From positions 174,654,001 through 174,718,000 of the forward strand of contig OZ024740.1 in NCBI GenBank assembly GCA_964016885.1: a DNA stretch of 64,000 nucleotides, read 5' to 3'. The notes under the pieces are model-generated. The model saw only the letters and a program-made list of their open reading frames with translations. It ran no database searches and was not told where the DNA came from. This DNA is from Eledone cirrhosa (taxonomy: Eukaryota). Every line of letters starts with the position of its first letter. Position 1 is the stretch's first letter. Of this stretch, positions 13,778-25,180 are shown one piece after another. The position numbers and the translations under genes were made by a program.

Positions 13778-14217
13778 AGTGACATAGTGTGTAAAAATAA
13801 TTAATTTACTATCAAAAGTTAAATTAAAAAAACAAAGACCTATGACCGAATTTCCATTCCGGGTTCTTTGTAATCACTTTATTATCTTATATTGATAATA
13901 CCCTGGTGAAATTAATGAATGTCACAACATAACCAGGTGCTCTTTCATTCTAAATGTAGGGCTTTGTGTACTTAAGAAAATAATCAATATTTTTATTGTT
14001 TGTATCTTTGTGTGGATATTGATTTTTTTATTTTGTCTATTATTAGCATCTATGTTGTATACTGAAGCACACATTTTTTATTTATATTCTATATCCCTTT
14101 TATATTATATATTTCTAATGATCTTTCTGCTTGTGGGACATATTATTAGATATATAATATTTATTATCTCACTCATCTACATTATTTCATAAAATTATCT
14201 ATCTCTTTATATCTCCT

Positions 14218-14219
<2 letters not shown>

Positions 14220-14310
<91 letters not shown>

Positions 14311-14322
14311 ACACTCTCTCTT

Positions 14323-14358
<36 letters not shown>

Positions 14359-14360
14359 TC
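14220..14360. repeat. (CT)n microsatellite
   Basis: Directly visible. Confidence 0.95.
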
Positions 14361-14403
14361 TGTTTATATATTTAAACACACAACCACATACACCCACGCA
14401 TGC

Positions 14404-14439
<36 letters not shown>

Positions 14440-14549
14440 ATATACATATATATATATTGTTATTATTATTATATAATTATGTATATGCGTTTGGGTGTAT
14501 ATGTGTATGTGTTCTGTGTGTCTTTCTTGGTAAAGCTATATACCTATAT

Positions 14550-15400
14550 AGTGGGTGTTCCATGAGTGGCGGATCGTGATGTGTCCTCTATTTATAGAGG
14601 TTAGCTGAGAATAAGCCACCTTGATGGTTCATAAGCAGTTGCAGACCAATAGCAACAACATTCACCAAGCTGAAGTGACACAACTTTCAGCAATGTTAGA
14701 TTGTTAAAAGGCAGTAGAATTCATACGGCAATTCTTTGAGACAAATAAACATTTCTCCTATCAATGTGTTAAATAGATGCAGCCTTCTCTCCTTCCAATT
14801 GTCACATCTTTGATGTTCCACTGGATAAATGGACATTTGCTTGATAGAGCATACATGTCTACTCACGACTACATGGATACCTGAAGCAGGAGTGAGGAAT
14901 GAGGACGTTGTGTATGATAAGGAAGAATACAGTGGCAATAGATAACTGATGAATGTAGAGGATTTGGGAAGCTGGAAGCTGCTAACGAGATATTTGCACA
15001 TAGACCACAGGAGAGTGATGACTGTGGGAACACTGAAGCGTGACAACTGACCAATGTCCTCCTTAAGTGATCAGACAACTCTATTTAGGGATTGTGAGGC
15101 CTGCCTCAAACAGATAAAAGGAAGGGTTAAATCGCTCACTCATCTTAATGTGACTAGAATATCATACTGTATGTTCTTCATTGGGCAAGAAATAAAACAC
15201 ACCAAATTTATTTTGGGATTTTGGAAAGTCAGAGTGATGCTGAGTGTAACCAATTCTAGAAAGCATGAGCGAAGACCTGCAATAGTAGGTAGGGAATTGA
15301 TACAGATAGTATAAATACCGTCGCACTGTCAGAAAACAGGAAGAATTCAGAGAGCAAACTGCAGCTGTTGTGTAAGGTTCTGGTCTGGAGAATCTATACT
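14550..15400 (+). mobile_element. Degenerate RTE LINE 5' region (APE start)
   Basis: FILGFWKVRVML..ERRPAIVGREL matches the APE N-terminus at 30100 (NVRTL..ERRTAIVGREL). The 5' boundary is approximate. Confidence 0.55.
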
Positions 15401-16544
15401 GGAAATTATCTCCTTCAAACCAAACGACTGGACAATATTCTGAAGAACTAAAACCTATGCAGTGTTAGAAAAATGGTGTATTCCATTTGATTGACAGGTG
15501 TTTTACAAACGATTACATTCTGTATAAGGAGACACGTGACATTCAACGAAAGAAACTTGCTCATCACCAGTATTTGATAGAACGTTTTGAGAAAGTTATT
15601 GAAGGGTACAAATAGACACAAAGGGGTTTGGGTGGGTTTCCAAGGGCATCTATGTTAAAACTTTTCGCCTACATGTTTGACTATGCATGAATGTAAAGAA
15701 TATGATTGACTGAAGAAATAAGTAACACATTTTCAATGTCGTTTTTGCTGAATTTTTAGAAGATAATTCAGCATTTTTTAAGGAATTTTTCATTCAGAAA
15801 ATTCTAAATTTAGACGGTATTTTGCATCAAAATTTCAGAAGCAAAATGATTAACAACCATCTGAGAGGCTATCCTAATTAGCATCTAATATAGTCTAGTG
15901 TCACACTGAAATTTCTGTTGTATGTATGTACATATTGCAAATATACATCCGTTTCATCCGCAGTCGTGAGAAATTCACAAATACAGTCAATTGCACAAAA
16001 GTATCTTGTTAGATCGTGAAAGTGGGAGAGGGTTTGAAGTGTGGGGAGTTTTATATGTAAAAGAAAAGAAAGGAAAATTTATTTGACAAAGAAGGTAAAA
16101 AGTCGAATATAAAACATTAAATTATTTTTTGACGAATCGTTGTCGTATCCTACTTACGAGATAAATTTGCTTCCTTAATATGCCAACTTTTACTAAAGTC
16201 GTCCTTATTTCATTGGTCAAATATATGTATTTATTTTATCGTTTATTATGAGTTATGACAGTGCCTATAACCCTCTGTTTTTTTTTTTCAGATATCCCAA
16301 GTCAGGTGGGAGTAAGGGAGGAGGGTGCCCATAAACCTGAGACTTTATCTAAATAGTTGCAAGATAGTTGAAATCGCTAAAATCACCCAAGGGCCAGGTA
16401 GATGGTGATATTAAAACCGGGTGACTGGTTAAGTATACTGCTCTAAAATTAAGTCTACCACTCAGAGAATTATATTTCTCATCCAAAGGTTTTAGTCTAC
16501 TACAAAAACAAAACTATTAATAAATTTAGTCCCAGGAATGAAAC

Positions 16545-16738
16545 ACTGGACAGATTTTACGGGCAAAACCAACCGGCAGGAGACCCAGGAGTAGACCATG
16601 AGCTTGGCTTGTCTCGCTTGGGGATACAGCCGGATCAGTTGGAGACGGTTGCTTCTGACAGGACCCGATAGAAAGAGTGTTTGAGAATTGCCTACATGAC
16701 CCTCTCAAGAAGAAGAAGAAGAAGAAGAAGAAGAAGAA
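16545..16738 (+). mobile_element. RTE-type 3' end with (AAG)n tail
   Basis: KPTGRRPRSRP motif followed by a short 3' UTR and (AAG)n. Confidence 0.55.
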
Positions 16739-16926
16739 TGTTGTAATACAAAAATTCTAGCAAAATAATAAAATACTCGAATAATATGAAATTATTTAAC
16801 AAAGTTACGATGTGGAATTATATCCTTAAAAGGGAATAGCTATCGACAATTATGAACACTGATATTTTTTAGTTTAGTTTAATAATTATAATTCAATCAA
16901 TGACTTTCTTTTACTCGCATTATTTC

Positions 16927-17340
16927 TGGCAGTATCGGTAGAGGGTCGGACGCCATGCTTTCCAGCATAGTTACGTCCCTTTACGATCTGAGTTCAAATC
17001 CCGCCGAGGTTGACTTTGCCTTTCATCCTTACGGGATCGATAAAATAAAGTACCAGTAATGCACTGGGTAATTGCTGGCCTTGTGCCTAAAGTAGAAACA
17101 ATTATTTCTGATTATACAAGGGCGGTGGATTGGCAGTATCGGTAGAGCGTCAGACACCATGCTTCATGGCATAGAGTTACAGCCCTTTACGTCCTGAGTT
17201 CAAATCCTGCCGAGGTTAACTTTGCCTTTCATTCTTACGGGGTCGATAAAATAAAGTACCAGTAACGTACTGGGGTCGATTTAATTGACTTTCTTCTCCC
17301 CCCAAACTATTGGCCTTGTGCCTAAGTAGAAACAATTATT
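16927..17340 (+). mobile_element. Two tandem family A tRNA-SINEs (short variant then long variant)
   Basis: A-box tggcagtatcggtagag, B-box gagttcaaatcc, central gcctttcatccttacggggtcgataaaataaagtaccag (resembles the Nin/Deu-type SINE domain), tail gtagaaacaattatt. Confidence 0.9.
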
Positions 17341-18051
17341 TCTACACACAGAAGTAACTACACTATCATGTTTATCCAAGTCGTTCAGTATTGATATTCC
17401 TTCATGTGTTTTATGACTTATTGGAAGTTTTATATTTTGGATTACAAATTCCAAACTATAAATTTCAAATTCCAAAAAGTAAATTTCAAATTTCGTGGAT
17501 ATATTTTAAGGTGTGGATTTACGTAATGTTATTTATGTACTTGCAGCTTTTTAATTATGTTGATATTTTCCAAACCTATTATATTGTGTTACTCGTTTGC
17601 CAATTGTGGTATAGTTAATGCAAACCTTATTGATTCATGTAGATTGTAGGAGTGCATTAGTTGTTTTATAGATTTTGTGCCGGTATGCTGAGACTCGTTA
17701 TTTCATAAATGTATTATTTGTAAATAAGTCTTATACGTTTCAGCTCTACCTAAGTTATGCTGGTTATTATTTTTTATCTCTACAATATTATTACTGATGT
17801 TTTATTTGGTGGTGTATGGAGTATGATATTTTTACAATTCCCATATGTACGGAGATAAAGAAGTATATTTATTTTTCTTCATATTGCGAAATGTATATGT
17901 GCGGGTTTTTGTACGTATATGTTTGTGTATGTATATGTTTGTGAGTATGTGAGTGAATTATACCGAGTTTATAATATATGCTATTATATAATCCATATAT
18001 TGCGTTGGATCCTTTACATGATTTGAGGGTTACTCTATTCTTTGAACAATC

Positions 18052-18132
18052 ATAAACAAATATCTATCTGTTGAAACGCCAGGAGCTCGACGGCTGAGCT
18101 CCTAGCGTTTCAACAGCTAGATATTTGTTTAT
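18052..18132. repeat. Hairpin, ~37 bp arms with a 7 nt loop
   Basis: ataaacaaatatctatctgttgaaacgccaggagctc / gagctcctagcgtttcaacagctagatatttgtttat. Confidence 0.92.
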
Positions 18133-18179
18133 ATATATAAAACTAGCAAATAGTTTATCGCTCTACATGGCTGAATACA

Positions 18180-18348
18180 ATAAATGTAATCTGTGTTTTT
18201 CGAATATTCATAATAATATTCGATTCGTTTGCAATTATGCAAACAGCTTCTTTTTAAGCCATGTCAGTAGAATAACCCAATCATTCTACTGACATGGCTT
18301 AAAAAGAGGCTGTTTTATTATTAATATTCGAAAAACTCAGATTACATT

Positions 18349-18351
<3 letters not shown>
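18180..18351. repeat. Hairpin, ~70 bp arms with a one-sided ~25 nt insertion
   Basis: taaatgtaatctg..cgaatatt and aaacagc..gccatgtcagtagaat pair with attctactgacatggc..gctgttt and aatattcg..cagattacattta. Confidence 0.9.
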
Positions 18352-18416
<65 letters not shown>

Positions 18417-18547
18417 ATAACTTGCGAGTTTCGAGAATCAAGAAACAGCATTGACCATCTCAATAAATTATGACAGGTAATACTGGAGGAAGAATTCTCT
18501 CTTCAGAGAGTTTCTTTGAAAGTATAACAAAAAGTACAAATAAATAA

Positions 18548-18752
18548 TTATTTCTACTATAGGCACAAGGCCAGCAATTGGGGGAGAATCGATTAAATCA
18601 GCGCCAGTTCATTACTGGTACTTATTTTATCGACCTCGTAAGGATGAAAGGCAAAGCTAACCTCGGCGGGATTTGAACTCAAACCATAAAGGGTCGTAAC
18701 TCTATGCTATAAAGCATGGTGTCCGACGCTCTACTGATTCTGCCAATCCACT
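18548..18752 (-). mobile_element. Family A SINE
   Basis: Reverse complement of the family A consensus. Confidence 0.9.
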
Positions 18753-19312
18753 CACCAGTTAGTAAACGGAATTTATCCTTACCGATCCTGCGTGGTGTAT
18801 TAAATTACATTCATGCGCAGACTGTAAATATTTGTATACCATGGACAATGTGACGGGTTCAAAATGACGCTAGAAATAATTCACATATCAGCTTAACAGT
18901 TAAGAAGTTGCCAATATCATTCAAAAGCTTATTTGTCACTAATATACAGAACATCGAAATGAAAATATGGCTTTACTAGTACTCTACCCGTCCGGTAACT
19001 TTGCATAAGTTATTCTAAAAGTGCTTCATTGAATTATATATATTTTAAACGGAAAAAAATGAAACGAAATTTCATTTCTCACTCTTAGTACGGCTGTTAC
19101 TTAAATATAAGTATGTATACGTACATACATATATGTATACAGACGTACAGTAGTATGTATATATATATACATACATGCACACATATATATATGTACGTAT
19201 GGATTCACCGAACATTTATTATAATGCTCGGTGTGTTTGTAAACAAACATCCCGAATTAAGCCGTAGTGTCTAGCAACCACCGTTGCTCATTTGTTAAAC
19301 GCTGACAAAGGA

Positions 19313-19355
19313 ACGCTGTACTAGTTTCAACCTTATTAGCTATCGTCAGCAACGT
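19313..19355 (-). ncRNA. Minimal type I hammerhead ribozyme motif
   Basis: Minus strand acgttg-CTGACGA-tagctaataaggtt-GAAA-ctag-TA-cagcgt: 6 bp stem I and palindromic ACTAGT stem III; one G-G mismatch in stem II. Confidence 0.75.
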
Positions 19356-19853
19356 ATACCTTCCTGCCAGATGATTGAACGTCTGAAAGTATATACTTTC
19401 CTTATGCATATTAACGGCTGAGCAACCTAATTTGCATATCGAGTGAGTTAATCGGCCAGGGCACCGAAAACGATAAACGGAAAAAATGAAACGAAATTTC
19501 ATTTCTCACTCTTAGTACGGCTGTTACTTCGGGATGTTTGTTTACAAACACACCGAGCATTATAATAAATGTTCGGTGAATCCATACGTACATATATATA
19601 TATGTGTGCATGTATGTATATATACATACTACTGTACGTCTGTATACATATATGTATGTACGTATACATACTTATATTTAAGTAACAGTTGTACTAAGAG
19701 TGAGAAATGAAATTTCGTTTCATTTTTTCCGTTTATCGTTTTCGGTGCCCCGGCCGATTAACTCACTCGATATGCAAATTAGGTTGCTCAGCCGTTAATA
19801 TGCATAAGGAAAGTATATACTTCCAGACGTTCAATCATCTGGCAGGAAGGTAT

Positions 19854-19896
19854 ACGTTGCTGATGATAGCTAATAAGCTTAAAACTAGTACAGCGT
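19854..19896 (+). ncRNA. Minimal type I hammerhead ribozyme motif (G12A variant, likely inactive)
   Basis: acgttg-CTGATGA-tagc taataa gctt-AAAA-ctag-TA-cagcgt; inverted copy of 19313-19355. Confidence 0.6.
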
Positions 19897-20139
19897 TCCT
19901 TTGTCAGTGTTGAACAAATGAGCAACGGTGGTTGCTAGACACTGTACGGCTTAATTCGGGATGTTTGCTTACAAACACACCGAGCATTATAATAAATGTT
20001 CGGTGAATCCATACGTACATATATATATATGTGTGCATGTATGTATATATTTATACATACTACTGTACGTCTGTATACATATATGTATGTACGTATACAT
20101 ACTTATATATATATTTTAGCTATATATATATTTTACAAT

Positions 20140-20338
20140 ATTTCACAGGGACAGCAATTTGGGGGAGAGGGAAAAATCAAATAAATCGACCCAGTGCGTG
20201 ACTGGTACTTTATTTTATCGACCCTGTAAGGATGAAAGGCAAAGTTAACCTCGGCGGATTTGAACTCAGAACGTAAATGGCCATAACTCTATGCTGCAAA
20301 GCATGGGATCTGACGCTCTACCGATATTGCCAAACCAC
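20140..20338 (-). mobile_element. Family A SINE (long variant)
   Basis: Reverse complement of the consensus. Confidence 0.9.
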
Positions 20339-20439
20339 CATAATAATAAGGAGCAGGAACGAAGCATCAATATAGCATCATTTATTCACGTGTATTCACT
20401 TGTGACGTGCGTTTCGCGATCGATAAACTCAAAGAATAA

Positions 20440-20895
20440 TTAGTATCAATCGGGCTTAACTCTGGAATCGATAGCTCATTAGATTTAAAGGAATCCATAA
20501 GTTTGATGAGCTATCGATTCCAGAGTCGGGTCCGAGCGATATCGATCTTACATTGATACTGATCTTAACTTTCTAACACCTTCTTTAGACACCTTGCTGA
20601 TCCTAGCAAGGCCGTTTTCTGTAATGATCCCGTCCTGATGGTAATCCCTAGCTTCTCAACCCACGCACCCAACCTTTTACTAACTGCTCCCAGTGCACCA
20701 ACCACAATCGGTACCAATTCTGTGTGTCTGATTTTCCAGTTTCCTAATTTCTTTCTTCAGTTCTTGGTATTTCTCAACTTTCTCACCTTCCTTCTCATTC
20801 ACCCTGTGGTCCCACGGTAAAGTACTATCAACAATACTTGCTTTGTTATTCTTTTCTACGACAACAATGTCAGGCATCCTAGCCACGATAAAATG
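20440..20895 (-). mobile_element. RLE-type non-LTR (R4/Dong/NeSL-like) 3' fragment with 3' UTR hairpin
   Basis: ARMPDIVVVEK..IVD..PWDHRVNEKEGEKVEKYQELKKEI, then (frameshifted) LVPIVVGALGAV..LQKTALLGSAR; hairpin ctctggaatcgatagctcat/atgagctatcgattccagag at ~20460-20525. Confidence 0.8.
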
Positions 20896-20921
20896 GGAAA
20901 GAAATATAAAACGGGAAACAG

Positions 20922-20966
<45 letters not shown>

Positions 20967-21204
20967 TAATAATGAATTTGAAGACTAAAATCCAAAGAGG
21001 GCTCGATAAGGATAAATATATATCAAATATATAAGAACCGTAGAGCAAATATTTATTAAAATAACAGATTAAAGTTTAAGCAAAGAATCGCTGCTTTCAC
21101 TCTTAACGGAATCTTCTGAAACTAAAAAAGTTAACCTGTGAACGCAGAAGTAAATATTTCAAAAAACGTTGCAACCGGAGGAAGACAGGAAGACGATACT
21201 TTGG

Positions 21205-21626
21205 TTCATGGAAACGTTCCCTGGCAAAGAATGGAAAAAAACGAAGATAATACGTCATAATTTGGACCAGTGAAAACAATTACTCGCAAAGACAAAACCA
21301 CGTTTATGGTATAAATGAAGTCGTAGACTAATATCCTATTAGGTGATTCATGGAGACGTTCTTTGGCAATGAACGGAAAAAACGAATATAATACGTCATT
21401 ATTTGGATCGGTGAAAACAATAGCACGCAAAGAGAAAACCACGTTTATGGTATAAAAGAAGTCGTAGACTAACATTCTATTAGGTAGTTCATGGAGACGT
21501 TCTCTGGCAACGAACGGAAAAAATGAAGATAATACGTCATTATGTGGAGCAGTGAGAACAAATGCACGCAAAGACAAAACCACGTAAATGGTATAACTGA
21601 AGTCGTAGACTAAAATTCTAACTAGG
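21205..21626. repeat. Tandem repeat, ~141-142 bp unit x3
   Basis: Units start ttcatgga at 21205, 21347 and 21488. Confidence 0.92.
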
Positions 21627-21882
21627 AATGATTCTCGGCTTCAGAGTTAAGAATAAAGTAAATAAAATACAGAGGTAATTGAAATTAAATAAATACATAC
21701 ACGGCTCCATATACTTACATACACAAGCATACGCGAAAACACTCGCCATAGGTACACAAATACAAGCACGTACACAAAAAAAAACCCGCACGCACATACA
21801 GAACCCACGCAACGCCTGTACCTGCATACATACGAATGTATACACCAAATACACATAAAAATATATATTTTAAAAAAAAAAA

Positions 21883-21920
<38 letters not shown>

Positions 21921-22794
21921 ATACATATAATTAAATAAACGTATATAAATAAATAAATACGTATATAACGCGCGCACACACATACTTACATGTAAATACA
22001 CATATGTTCGCAGACGTACGTCGACCATAACACAACGTACACATATACACACACCCTACATACGTACGAACCCGCATACTCGCACAGACGCAAAACTCGC
22101 GTATACACATAACCAAATGCATATGTACCAGAATATATAATATATACGCCATAACATATGCAAGCAAATATACGTACGAGAAAGTATACGTACCTTCACA
22201 AAACATACAGGTAATATATACTTACCTATACAAATAAATAATGGTATAAACATAACATATACTTAGCTACCACATCAAGACGTAAAATATCCACGTATAG
22301 ATCGTACTATCCGTTAGGGTATAATGTGGGGCTGTAATACAGGAAAGTTTTGTGCAATTTATGTTTACAAGCCGAAATTGCCTCAGATTGTTTGTTTAAG
22401 ATGTGGTCTTTGGCGTAGAGTATTTCCAGGACCTCAGCGGCGCAGAGGTTACTAAGATTTGACAGATGAAAGTACGTATGTATGTGTGTTTGCGTGTGCA
22501 TGCCTGTATATATAGGTGTGTGTGGGTGTGTGGGTTTATGTGTGTGCGCGCGCATGTGCGTGCCTGTGTGTTTATGAATATTTGATATCTAAAATATACA
22601 GCATTACAAATTACTCTGTCGAGTCTTCGGAATTATAATCTGAAGGCTTCACAGATTATAATAATGTGTATCTTGATTTTGTTTCTGTTTCAATAAATAT
22701 CAATATTACACTACTTTTAGTATTGTGTTCCATGCACTCTATAATGTCATTTGTACCTCTAGTAAAATGATGTTATTATTATTATTGATATACT

Positions 22795-23995
22795 GTCCTT
22801 GTGCCTATATAAGAAACCATTATTATTGGCCCTTGCCATTCTGAGTTCAAAGCCTGCCAAGGTTAACTTTGCCTTTCATCTTTACGGGGTCGATAAAATA
22901 AAGTACCAGTAATGCACTGGGTAATTGCTGGCCTTGTGCCAAAAGTAGAAACAATTATTATTTTTGATATATGAGGACGATGCATTGGCAGTATCGGTAG
23001 AGAGTCGGACACCATTCTTTGCAGCATAGAGTTTCGGTCCTTTACGGTCTGAGTTCAAATCCCGTGAGGTTAACTTTGCCTTTCATTACTACGGGGTCGA
23101 TAAAATAAAGTACCAGTCACACACTGGGGTCGATTTAATCGATTTTCCCATCCCCCAAAATTGTTGGCCTTGTGCCTATATAAGAAACCATTATTATTAT
23201 TCGGTGGATTGGCAGTATCGGTAGAGGGTCGGACGCCATGCTTTCCAGCATAGTTACGTCCCTTTACGATCTGAGTTCAAATCCCGTCGAGGTTCACTTT
23301 GCCTTTCATCCTTACGGGGTCGATAAAATAAAGTACCAGTAATGCACTGGGTTATTGCTGGCCTTGTGCCTAAAGTAGAAACAATTATTATTATTAATAT
23401 ATGAGAACGGTAGATTGGCAGTATCGGTAGAGCGTCGGACACCCTGCTTCGCGGTATTGAGTTAAGGCTCTTTACGTTCTGAGTTCAAATCCCTCCAAGG
23501 TTAACTTTGCCTTTCATGCTTACGGGGTCGATAAAATAACGTACCAGTCACGCACTGGGATCGATTTAATCGATTTCCCCTGCCCTCAAATTGCTGGCCT
23601 TGTGTCTGGCAGTATTGGTAGAGGGTCGGACGCCATGCTTTGCAGCAAAGAGTTACGTCCCTTTATGGTCTGAGTTAACTTTGTCTTTCATCCTTACGGA
23701 GTCGATAAAATAAAGCACCAGTAATACACTGGGATAATTGCTGGCCTTGTACCAAATGTAGAAACAATTATTATTATTATGATCAGGGCGGTAGATTGGC
23801 AAGATTGTTAAAGCGGACAAAATGCTTCATAATATTTGGTAACGGTGCTTACCTTCTGAGTTCAAAACCATCCGAACCCAACATTATCTTCCGTCTTTCC
23901 GGGACGGATAAAATATACTACCAGCCAATTACTGAAGTCGATTTAATCGACTTTGTCCTCCCGAAAATTGTGTCTATGTTAGAAACGATTACTAT
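22795..23995 (+). mobile_element. Head-to-tail array of about six family A SINEs
   Basis: Repeated tggcagtatcggtagag...gagttcaaatcc...gtagaaacaattatt units at ~22828, 22975, 23202, 23408, 23607 and 23786. Confidence 0.92.
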
Positions 23996-24049
23996 TTGTT
24001 TCATGTATATATTATCTGTATATAATGTATACGTAAAAGTACATATACA

Positions 24050-24191
<142 letters not shown>

Positions 24192-24196
24192 GAATG

Positions 24197-24610
24197 TATA
24201 GTATATACCATATGTTTAATTAGAAACATTTAGAAGACCATACGCTATCAGTTTTAAAGTAGTGACTATGTCACTTACTTCTTTTCGGTGAAAGAAGGGA
24301 GAGAAGCTGGCAGTATGTTTCACGCTGGTTGGTGTCCATCAGAGCGGTTCTGGACCAGCAATCGCTCTGTATAATCAGCTCCTGATTATTACTGGAATTC
24401 TATAAGAATCCAGCTTCTATAATTTTCGGCGAAAGCAGGGGAGTACGTGGCTCTGATGAACACCAGTCAGCGTGAAACAGACTGTCAGCTTCTCTCCCTT
24501 CTTTCGCCGAAAAGAAGTAAGTGACATAGTCACTGCTTTAAAACTGATATCGTATGGTCTTCTAAATGTTTTTAATTAAACATACGGTATATTGCCAAAT
24601 ATACTATACA
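24197..24610. repeat. Inverted repeat, ~150 bp arms and ~100 bp spacer, next to (TA)n
   Basis: 24197-24345 pairs with 24450-24610 with about 10 substitutions and one indel. Confidence 0.92.
24449..24490 (+). ncRNA. Minimal type I hammerhead ribozyme motif
   Basis: ggct-CTGATGA-ac accagtcagc gt-GAAA-cagactg-TC-agct: full core with GUC cleavage triplet and 4 bp stem I. The mirror copy (24305-24345, minus) has core mutations. Confidence 0.72.
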
Positions 24611-24934
24611 TACTTTCATGTATACATCGCTATTTCAGAGCACTGATCCTAATACCCAATATACATATATATTAGAACGAATCCTGAGTACATCCAGAAC
24701 AATAAGTTATGCTTGGGGTCTTGAAGACATTTTTGTTCATTCGTTTAGATTGTTCGTCTCAACTTTAACCGCAATATTCTGCCAGGCTCACTATTGAACT
24801 GAAGACAATCTAAATGACGTATTCATAAAAAGATCAGTTCCATGTGGCAGATTAACCATTGGGTGGGATTGATAACATTGTTTATTATATTCCTTTGTGC
24901 GAAGAAGGGAGCGATATGCCATCGTGTATATTCA

Positions 24935-25180
24935 GAGTACTCAAATTATACGGCCATATAAAAAGATCAACTCGTGGTGTGAGTAGGTTATGCCTGGAAG
25001 GAAGGTTGGCTGGTAAGGGAAGTAGAGGCCGGCAGCCAAAACGATGGCTTGACAATGTCAACATATGGACTGGACTTGATCTTTGTTCTTTGAACTCTGC
25101 TGCTGGTGATCGAACTTTGTGGAAAGAGATATCACATGTTTATGCGCAGTCTGCAACTGGCGGAGTTTAGCGTCACAAGA
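24935..25180 (+). mobile_element. RTE-type LINE 3' fragment
   Basis: LKLYGHIKR..LEGRLAGKGSRGRQPKRWLDNV..AAGDRTLWK is a typical RTE C-terminus. Confidence 0.75.

Larger units (their letters stand above)
19048..20108. repeat. Nested inverted duplication A-B-C-A-B'-A'-C'-B' (Penelope-like pLTR-type fold-back)
   Basis: A 19048-19102, B 19103-19256, C 19257-19474, A 19475-19529, B' ~19528-19680, A' ~19680-19735, C' ~19735-19955, B' ~19954-20108; copies are near-identical. Confidence 0.92.

Noticed and set aside
16280-16310. Polypyrimidine tract + CAG ... GT micro-exon candidate
   Set aside because: Splice-like signals are common by chance in AT-rich DNA; no frame support.
22795-23995. CRISPR-like or tRNA-gene array appearance
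   Set aside because: The units are whole tRNA-derived SINEs without unique spacers or a cloverleaf, and the context is eukaryotic.
24197-24610. A-to-G editing signature between the inverted arms
   Set aside because: The mismatches are a mix of transitions and transversions with no directional bias.
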